DNA of 64,000 nucleotides from Polymyxa betae A26-41 (lineage: Eukaryota; Protista; Endomyxa: Phytomyxea), in NCBI GenBank assembly GCA_003693705.1, contig RBZT01000125.1:434001-498000 (forward strand). Reading direction: 5' to 3'. Positions 39,852 to 49,837 of the stretch are shown piece after piece (the first letter of the stretch is position 1; each line of letters starts with the position of its first letter). The position numbers and the translations under genes are program-made. The notes under the pieces were generated by a model. It searched no databases. It was not told the origin of the DNA and worked only from the letters and a program-made list of their open reading frames with translations.

Positions 39852-40541
39852 ATGGGCGGCGGCAGATATCTGTTGGTGAGGTCGTCGTCGGTGTCGTGTC
39901 GGGCAGTCTGGGCTCTCGTTATAGCCCATCCTGATTGTCACGTTCATGTCATCGATCTCGATCAGGGTTCTGCTCCTGCTCCAGGGACGCCCCAGGACCT
40001 TCCGCAGCCGAAGCGTGTCCCATGCCTGTACGACCCGCCCGTCACGCTCTACGAATCGCACGCCATCTTGCGGTATCTGGGCGCTAGCAGCCAGTTCTAT
40101 TCAGACGATCTGATCGTTAGAGCGAAGATTGATGAGATTATGGTATTTATGCTATATACATATAGTAGGCGATGTTCTCTAAATGGATCGTTATTACAGG
40201 ATTATCAAGGTCGAGTTGTGAATGTATTGATTCAGAGATGCATCATGCCGATTCTGTTCCCAACATTATTCGGAGCGGATACATTAACGAATACGAGCGA
40301 GATGATCATGAGAGAGATACCAAATCTGTATGAATCTCTACACTATCTACAAGACAGATTACAGGCTCCAGGACCCTATCTGATTGGAACCCACCCGACC
40401 ATCGCCGATCTGTCTATGGTCGGCGTCCTTCAGGTCCTACAGCATCCCAAGATCGCATTCGACCTGGAACCATTTGCTAGCATCAAGCACTGGATGCAAT
40501 TGATACAGCAGGAGAAATACTGGCCCCAGCAGGAATCCTGA
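39852..40541 (+). CDS. Glutathione S-transferase (theta-like)
   Basis: SVSCRAV, RVPCLYD..LYESHAILRYLG, RAKIDE, YLIGTHPTIADLS. One in-frame intron at 40143-40199. Confidence 0.88.
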   Translation: MGGGRYLLVRSSSVSCRAVWALVIAHPDCHVHVIDLDQGSAPAPGTPQDLPQPKRVPCLYDPPVTLYESHAILRYLGASSQFYSDDLIVRAKIDEIMVFMLYTYSRRCSLNGSLLQDYQGRVVNVLIQRCIMPILFPTLFGADTLTNTSEMIMREIPNLYESLHYLQDRLQAPGPYLIGTHPTIADLSMVGVLQVLQHPKIAFDLEPFASIKHWMQLIQQEKYWPQQES

Positions 40542-40664
40542 TTACGAGCCCCAGTTGTTTGGATGTTAGATGCTCTCTAGTTTACGTTACATAAACTTTT
40601 TCGACAAATTTGTGGAAACTCTCGATTTTTTTTTGATGCGGACCCGAACGCGGATGCAGAGTTG

Positions 40665-41599
40665 ATGCAAGCCGACCATAGCCCAGATGGGGCGTTCATG
40701 CCGCCATCAGAGCCGTTACATAGAGACAATGGGTCTAGGACCGAGTTCGAAAGGGCCATAATGGAACAAATAGATTCGATCGGGGAGACTGTCAACATGC
40801 TGGCCAGCACCGTCGAGTCCATTGAACTCAAACTTGACGAATTCATCCAGATTCGCGGCGGAAAACCACGCCCGGATCCTAAACAGCACAATCGAACGAA
40901 TCCGAACTGGTCTGCGCCTTTACCCGAGCCACAACCTCCTGATTCTGTTTTGAATGTTTACGAGCATGAAGACAGTGCCGCCTTTCTTTCATTAACCGTA
41001 ATGCATGTCAGTTGATAATAACTGGCACTAATTTGGTTACAGAGCGAACAGCGGCCGCCGCGCGAATCTCAATCTGAAAAATTGCTTGCGAATGCTTTAA
41101 ATAAGATCTTGGTCTCGCTACCGTCGCAATGTGTATGTTTGTGGTTGAAGTTCAGATAGATCCATATGTCAACATAATCTTATTCAGGACGGTGTTGATA
41201 ATGTGTACGAGGAAATTAAGTTGTTCGTAGCGCTGACCATGAATCTGATTACCGGTATTACGCCCCAGGGTATCATCTCCCGTGCTTTGATGCCCTGTTA
41301 GTTGAAATCCACACTCTCCTGAACTCCTCATTTAAGCAATCTGTCTAGATCTACTTATGACCACAGGAAGGTCGCCTTCCTTGCTCCATCGAATATGGAA
41401 CGATATGTCGGCTGTCACAGGTTGCAACGAAGATGAAATTCGACGCACTTTCAAGCGAATGATCGATACACATTGTCGAGGGTTCAGGCGGAAAATGATG
41501 TCGCTAGAGCAGTTTCCGGCATCAATATTGCATGTGACCAAGTGGGTCAAGACAAATGTTCTAAATCAAGTCGACGACCATCAGCTGAATTCCGATTGA
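40665..41599 (+). CDS. Hypothetical protein: coiled coil plus C-terminal helical/basic domain
   Basis: Four-exon model with short GT-AG introns; heptad segment IDSIGETVNMLASTVESIELKLDEF and C-terminal IRRTFKRMIDTHCRGFRRK. Confidence 0.5.
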
Positions 41600-41658
41600 A
41601 TTCCCATGATGAGTTAATCAAATTGTGTTCTTTTAAGTCTATAAAACTAAATATCTGT

Positions 41659-44600
41659 CTACAGCTCAGTTTTTTCAGATGCAACTTCAGCATTAGACGC
41701 AGGAGATTCCGTGGCGTTCCTGCTGACTAAATTCGCTTCCTCGTTCAAAGCATTCCACTCAGGCAGCAATCTTCTAGCCCTTGATAATTTCGGTTCTTTT
41801 GTCATCGGATTATTGCATAGATCTATTGTCTTTGCTTCGTCTAACAATTAGTTAGTGGTTTGAATTCAGTTATGATAGTGTCAATACTTAAGGATTCCAT
41901 CGAACACCATGTTTCACACCATAGCCATTCTTGCGGCAACGAATATATCCCCACAACATGCTTATATTTGAATGAGCAAACCTCATGAAACGGTTCGCGA
42001 GTTCAATCATTACCTGTGCGTAATTCGGAAGGTCTTGATCAAGATTTGCTAGACTGTTCGGATCGGCAGACAGATTGTCATACATAGCACGCAATGTATC
42101 ACCTGCTCGAATCTAAACCATAATTAACGAACACGCTCGGGTCGGAAATTGAACAGAGACTTAACCTTTCTGAATTGTTTCAGATCTACGACATAGAGCG
42201 CTGAAATGTGATACTGCCTTCCTCGAAGATGTTCTTTCCAAAATCCGCCTTTCCAGAACCGGAATCCTTTCATCGTATCAGGTAATGATGACCGAGAGGA
42301 GAAAATGGACAACCTTCGGTTAAAGTGTTACTGTCGCAGAATGGGGTATACGCGTATGGGTTGCCGTTCAAGTCAAGGTTCCATAATTCAGAGAGATCAC
42401 CTCGAACTATCTGTTTTAAAGTTCAGCCCTGAGATTACGTTCGTATTTGTAACGCAGCGAACCTGATCGGCATCGATAAAGATGATACGATCCAGGTTAA
42501 TAGGAAACAGGACATCAAGAAAGAGAATCTTATACCCCCAAATAGTTCGTTGCTTTTCACGTTGTCTGCGTAACCATGATGGCCATTTATAGGTGACCAG
42601 CTCCACAGAGAATCCGTCTAAAAACTGTTAGCAGAATGAAACCAGTGCATATCAACGAACGTTGCTCAGCAAAGGAATTGATATTGGTCTTGAATTGGGG
42701 AGATAAGAACTGGCCGACAAACCAGAACTTGATCTTGTAGTTTGTTGATGACATACGTTTCGCCACACTTAACATCATGATTCGCAGGAAACGTTCATAT
42801 AAATGTCCCGAGGCAATACTGAAAATATGGATTGTTTCCTTATCCCCTGACTGTAAGAGCTTCAGTTAGTTTCAGTGAACAATAAAGGCGGTCAATACCT
42901 CGTTTCGGAATAACGAATTCCAAAATCCGCTTATCCTCGATGGAGAAGCATCCGGCTCAGTGAGCTCCAGAAGACTCCTCTACAATCAAAGTTATAAACA
43001 TTAGATGGACACACAAATTGCTGACCATTTCCATTCCAGGACGGCGAACCAGAAACAACTGAAGATGGGAGCGTGTGAAGCTTCTAACAGGAACTCGCAC
43101 GCGATTAGACTGAAGGGAATATTCAATACAATCCAGTATCTTAGTTGTAGCGAACCTGATAAATGAGATCTGCAGAATGAATCGGTAACTGCTGATTGTC
43201 TGGGAACATGAACATTTCGGTGGCCTTTCCGGGAGCGAGTTTCAAATCAAAGACATTTGGAGTTGACTAAAAATCACATTTTTGTCAGAGGTACTTCAGT
43301 TGCAACCACACCTACTTTCAGCTGGAAGTAACCGAGATTTTCCATCACAATGGTATCATAGTGCTTGTCAGATGATTCTAGCAAAATTTTTAAGCCTGCA
43401 GGAGGAGACGGATTTGGAGATAGTTCAAGACAAGTCCCGTATACTAATTCACATCTAAGTTGAGATATCAAAACACGACTAGTTTACCTAAAAGGTTCTT
43501 TAGGTCAAAGGTCACCCTTTGTTGGTCCATTCCAGGATAAAGCTGCATGTTATCCAGGTCGATTTCCGCATAAGAAGATTCCACGAGCCAAGGTTCTGTG
43601 GTCTCCACAGAAAGAGTAAGGACGGGTGTTTTAGAAGGCAGAACAAAGTCTGCCTTAACATTGCTGACAATTTTTTTTAGATAAGACACCTATAGCCAAA
43701 CGTCCAAGTACCTGAGATCAATAGTTCCGTCCGATTCGAAGCGCAATTCGGGTTCAAAGACATAGCGGTAATATCGTTTGATCGGCAATGAGGAAGTAAC
43801 AGATGGTGGGTTAAATATCAGTGTAAGATCCCAGTTGAGCTTATCTCGTAACCCCAACAGGACTGACGTAAGCAGCTGGCAAACTTCGCTGAGAGGAGAG
43901 ATAACTGCAACAACCTAATCCATGTCAATTAAAACTCACCTTCAGCGACTCTGCCCAAACCTTAAAATGAGACGATGATGCGTAGCGTTTTGAAGCTGAA
44001 ATCATAGAATCGAAATTTCTGAGAAATTCAATACCTCGCATTCGAGCACCTGAAAGCAGTGTTAGTTAACGAAAAAAATTGCAATGTGAATAATTAGACC
44101 AAGACAAGCTGTAGTGAGCATGTACTTCTCGACGTCATTCTTCAAGTCGTCGCTCAGTTCAAAGGCGAGTTGATCGAGCAGTTTGAATTCCGATTGCACC
44201 ATCGGTCGGGTAACCTCAATAACGCGGCCATTAACGATCAAACTTGGACCCTCAACATTTGCTGTGATGTTATCAGGAACTTTATCTTTCGGGTAAATTG
44301 AGTGAAAACGCACTTAAAAGTTGAGGGCCCCATGTTGATGAGCTGGCTGTCAAAACATCCGGGTCTTCAGCTCCCCACGATATTACTCTTTTCCGGAAGG
44401 TTTCAGAATTCTCAGAAAGCCTCAAACATAATAACTTGATGATTTTGGATACAGCATCCAACGGTTCCTGAATTTTCCTGACCAGATCCATTACCAATGA
44501 ATTAGCAGTAAATCCACTATCAGCGGATGAGCCATATGTGACGAAAGCGAGGCGCTTTCCAGATCCAGCTGGCGACTGTAAATGGCGCAGGGCACTGAGA

Positions 44601-47575
44601 GCTAATGAAGCACCTTCGACTGTGCTAAGATCAGCGTATACCCAGATGGTGATATTAGCAGGTTCCGTATGAGGACCAGTCAAATACTGAAGATTCTGAG
44701 GCTGAACATATAGCAAATCCACAGCCATATCGGAAGTATACTTCCACTGAATAACCAGCTGATCAACATTCAAGATTTGATTGATAATCGGAAAACTACC
44801 TGATCTTTTGGTTGTTGCAACAGATCGCTATATGATTTCACCACATCGGAGCCGTCGAAGATATAACTGGATATATCATCATCGTCAGATAATGAGCCGG
44901 AATGCACAGCATGCATTATCCTCGTCTGCCAGGTGTATGTGGCGCGAATTAAGGTCTATTTTTTGTTAACAGAACTGTAGGTTATACAATAAAAGATCAC
45001 CTGCAGAAGCAGTTGAGGATGCGGAACTTCCTGCTGAACGCCATTAAAGAAGATTGTATCGACTGTCGCGATATTCCTTTCTGTCACATAATTGATGCAA
45101 TCGCTTACAAATTCGTTTTCCTAGAAATCACACCATTACCAAACGTTACTGTATTTCATTTTGCTTACCGTATCTGTCACTGAGAACAAGGCATTGTATG
45201 TCTCGATATCTCCGGATGCACCATTTTTAGCGAGAAAAGCTTTCTTGACGCGATCAATAGATACGTCTTCGCTTGTAACTGTTTCTTGAATTTGCAAAAG
45301 CGCAGAGAGGAAAGAGAATGCTCTAAAATAATCAGAGGAAAATGGTTTAAAACAGGAACGCTAACCTTCTTCGCGACTTTGCCAATGCCCAGCTGAACAG
45401 ACGAGCAGTTAGAGACGCGACTGGATTCAGCTTTGTTATCTGTGTTTGATTCTCTGATATATCTTCATGAATAGACTTAAAATCGCCAAACCGCCCCCTA
45501 ATCAGTTTATGCTTTACATCTAATTCAATTGAAGAAACCAAACTACCTTTCTGGCCGATTTGCGTCGAAGACAATGCCAACGCGAACAGGAGCCTGTTGT
45601 TTAACGAGTTGCTTCAGTTGTTCAACTAACTGAAGACCGGATCTTTTGCTCGGATCAATAACAGCAACGCAGTTGTATAAGTTTCGCCCAATTTGCAGTA
45701 GCTACGTAAAAACATTGAGAATCCCCATCATAATTATGAGTACGAATTACAGAGAACTGGCCAGGATACAATCGCATTGTACTTAAACTTCGATGCCAAC
45801 TTCGATATTTAGAACCTGTTTCAATATCATTCATCCAGGAGATCGAATCGCTGCGAGTATCAAGTCTTGGTTTAGCACCCGCTGCCGATGGGTAAACAGC
45901 AGTTCGTTTGGACTTCAAAGGTCGGGATGCTAATGGATGGTTAAGAATGAGAGCTGAGTACCACATGTGATTTAGAACCATTTTGTAGTGCATTATCAAT
46001 CTGGAAAGAATTCAACCCGATATTACTGAGCATCTCGATATACTTCGATTCTTTAGCAGCTAATGAATGCAAAGCGAACAGATCGAACTCAGAGGTATCG
46101 ATTGCAATTCCATTCAGATAAAGCGAGCTTTCTCCAGTAACGATATCTGAGCTCTCGTGGATGGTGGATATCTGCGATCTCACTATACACAGTCCGCTCA
46201 GCTGAAAAAATAGGAAAGGTAACTTAGTTCGAACCTTCTTTGCTGACTTGAACAGTCTTTAGCTTCGTGGCGTGTCGAGGGAAATCGCATGCAAGCCGAG
46301 CAAGCTCAGAAAGCGTGTCTTTGCTGTCCAATACATACTGCACAGCTTGTGATCCGAAATCGGCTTTTTGAAGAAATGTTCAGTGAGAGAATGTCAAAGA
46401 GAGATCAACCTCACCAATGTCCCAAACTCGAAGTTCTTCTTGAAGTTCATGGCGTAGTTTTACTGCAATATCATCGAGCTGTTCCGAACTGGATGGATAA
46501 CGAGTTTTAAGACGAGAAAAGTTAATCCCTATACGATCATTATAACCTAAACAGTCTAAAAGTTGTGCATAATACCATTGACTGATGAGCTATCGGCTTG
46601 CAAGTTGGTATCGTCTAGCACATTGTATTCCATATTCTTGAAGGCCAGCTCAACTCCAAAACCGTTCAACGGGAACGAATCAGATGCCCCGAGGTTAAAC
46701 GATGATAGCCTCAAGATAAAGCGAAAAGGTTGCTAAAAGTTGTCAACTTTAGGCAGAACAACAGCGTCAATGCTTTACCTTGCAGCTGACAATTTTTTGA
46801 TAAGAATCCGCGAAACCAGGTTGATCCAAATTTCCATAAACAACCAGTGCTGCACCTGGAACAAATTTTTTTAGCAAGATTTTTGACCCTTTTTGCTACT
46901 GAACCAGTTGTCCTATTAGGATGCATATGATCGAATTCAAACGTCTCCAGCATCGCATCTGTTTGCAACAGTTTGGGGTCAAATCCGCAGCTGAGTTGCT
47001 TGTTCCCATAATCAACGATTACTCCACTTTTGCATGAATCAGGTTCCAACTTGGATGCAGAGCCTTTGATCGCATCCTATATAATCATGAATATCAGTAT
47101 TAGAATGTTCTTCAACTTCGCTTGCCCGTAATAGCTGTCGATTCGATTCTAAAAGCGGTGAATAGACATTTAGCCCCTGGCGTTCAAGTTAGACCGAAAA
47201 AAAGAAGTGACTCTCTAACAGATACTGACCAGCGACATTTTTAATGTGGAGCAAGCCTCGGAAGAAGACAAATCTATGCATGCAATGATACTATCGTACA
47301 AATCGCGATCGGTCCGAGACACATTTGCGGTTGACAATGTCGAGAGATGTTCAAGCGACGACCAAAACAGCAGCGGCGATACCGACGCATAGTATTCCCT
47401 GTAAAGCTTCAAAAGGCAATCCCAAGCTGCTCATCCATCATTACGCAGCTTGATGCGTGATGGAATCGCTGGGAAACCGCGACTGCAAGTCGACCGACAG
47501 GTTGGCGTTGGGATCGGCATCGCAGGTCAGCAAACTCTGGCACAGAGCTGCAATGAATATGGCGACAGTCCTCAT
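41659..47575 (-). CDS. UGGT: UDP-glucose:glycoprotein glucosyltransferase
   Basis: Signal peptide; [100 protein letters not shown]; C-terminus KTEL. Confidence 0.96.
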
Positions 47576-47782
47576 TATGACAATGACGAAACGATGAGAA
47601 ATGCCTCTGCAATGAGAGTGGGGGGACACACGACACCAAAGTCGCAACTTATTGCCTCACTGATACCCTTATCAGGGTTTCGTTACTCTTACGACAGTTC
47701 TAACTGCTATGAATGCCTTCTTCACAATAAAACCCAAATGGTTCATTAACAATATAATGGCTGGTCAACAATCTAACAACGA

Positions 47783-49693
47783 TCAGCACTTGACATTCTG
47801 GCAACGCGAATCCGACCCGGGAGCTATAGCGTTCCCGACACAGATTGTCCCGAGAGCAACCCGAAGCTTGCCAGCAGATGCACCGTCCTTGCAGATATGG
47901 AAGTTGCAGGAGCAATCGCCTGGATCGCATGCAAGGCCGCTGGCAATACCGGAACAGACGTTGCCACTAGGAGGACCGGGAGGTGGTGGCTGGGTCGGCG
48001 AAGGTGTTGGTGGTGCCTGGGTCGGCAAAGGCTTTGGAGGCGGTGCCTGGGTCGGCGAAGGCTTTGGCGGGGAGTTATTCTTTGCAAATCTGGCTCCCTG
48101 CAAGATCCAGTTACGAAAATGGTTGATCTGCTGCATAGACAGGTATGGTCCACCGAGAGGCATCTGCTGCCCAGATACACCGACACCATTGGTCAGCTTC
48201 AGTATAATATAGCTGTTATCAGGATCTCCAGGCTTCACATAGACCTTGCTGGGTTGGCCAACTGATGGTTTGTTGATCAGATTGGCATATGCAGTCTCTG
48301 GATCAGGCATGCGAAGCAGGGTCCAGCCATCGGGAGCGGATACATGAACACCACCACGAGCCTGGATGATGGGCCAAATATCCTCTAAGAAATACACTGG
48401 TGTGGCTGGAGCAGGGGTCGGTGCTGGCGTTGGTTGGGGTGTTGGGTTGCCACCTGAGCCACAGTAATCGCGTCCTGTTCCACAGAAACTAAACCCAATT
48501 CTTGTTAGATCCCGTAGTGGATGATCAGAAAAACCGACCTGAATCTTGAGCAGCATTCGCCAGGCTTACATGGGGCATCCGCAAAGCCAGGGCCACATCG
48601 TCCATCCGTTCTAATAGGCCCTGAGCCCGGTGATGGTGTTGGGGCTGGAGCTGGTGTTGGAGCTGGCAGAGGAGCTGGTGTTGGGGCTGGGTTACTGCCG
48701 ACAGGTTGCTTGCCTCCTTCGCGTGTAGTCAATCCGGTCTTTGCAGACACCCAGGCCACCTCATCTGACGATGTCGGTATAGGGATGCCGACTTCGTTGC
48801 CCGAATTCGGGAATGGCCCGTTCAGGCATGGTTGGTTAACACAAACTCGCAGCTGCCGGGTCACACCAAACTTGCAAACGTCTTTGTCTGGATGCTGTTT
48901 TGTCGGAATGTGATATCGGTTGCATCGAATCGAGAGATTACCATACCGACACATCGCCACCGTAGAATACTGGCTGTAGATAGGGTCCGGTAGGACCCCC
49001 TGTAATCTCATAATCTGCACATGAATAGTAATCACCAAGAATAGATGGATTCGATGTTCCTCCAAACCACTGTGCTATGAATCAGAAGTAATTTCGGTTC
49101 TGACTATGGCAAACTTACCGCCCATTGAAGAGTGACCCTTCCATTGGGAAGATGTAATGGGATCCCCAACCGAAGCTTGCAAGGATTGACGCTGCCATCT
49201 TGAGGATTGTTATCACCGCCGTTCAAAAATTTCGTCGCTGAGCGGCATCCAGGACCGGTCTCGTAACACGAATATGCTTGGACACCTAGATCGAAAGCCT
49301 TATGGCTGCCCGATTGATCGAACGTTGTCCAGGCATATCGTACAAATCCACCGGGATGGTTATTTCGCGGCCATCTGATGCAGAAATTATTGGGCAGTCC
49401 CTCTCGCTTTCATTACAATAGGCATTACTCAACTGAGATGAGGTCACCACGTTTTGCTTGATGAATGACTCCTAATCGAACATCAAAAACTGATAGAAAC
49501 AGATAAGTTGTGACTCAGTGCCTAGCCTGGTTTTGGGGGCATCGCACGGCCCGGTACAGCTCGGCCCACGGCAGCCAGATTGCGCGACCGATTCGAATCG
49601 TGATGACGGTTTAGTCATGTAGCTATGTGCAGTAATACAAGATGGGAGCCATATTACAAGAACAGATAGAAAAATCAGACGCATAACTGTCAT
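47783..49693 (-). CDS. Secreted multidomain protein: His-brace LPMO-like domain + CBM18 + cytochrome-c-like domain + Cys-rich putative chitin-binding module
   Basis: Manual splicing (6 exons) gives: signal peptide|HSYMTKPSSR..GPC..RGD..EWPRNNHPGGFVR..TLQWAWFGG..GDYYSCADYEITGG; Pro/Thr linkers; hevein DGRCGPG..CCSRFSFCGTGRDYC; FLEDIWPII..GGVH..VKPGDPDNSYI..QMPLGG..FRNWILQGA; terminal Cys-rich domain. Confidence 0.8.
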
Positions 49694-49837
49694 CGTTGCT
49701 TAAACAATTAGTTGCCAAGGATCATGAACCAATTAGCCAGGGTGGTACAGCGGATCATGGTCCTGAAACTGGAAGCGAGGATCCCAGTACCGCGTAACCA
49801 TTCCGCTTAATACGTAGATATTAATCAGCCAATTTTA

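Noticed and set aside
41659-41673. UGGT ends in KTEL rather than KDEL/HDEL
   Set aside because: Variant xxEL retrieval signals are common; not novel.
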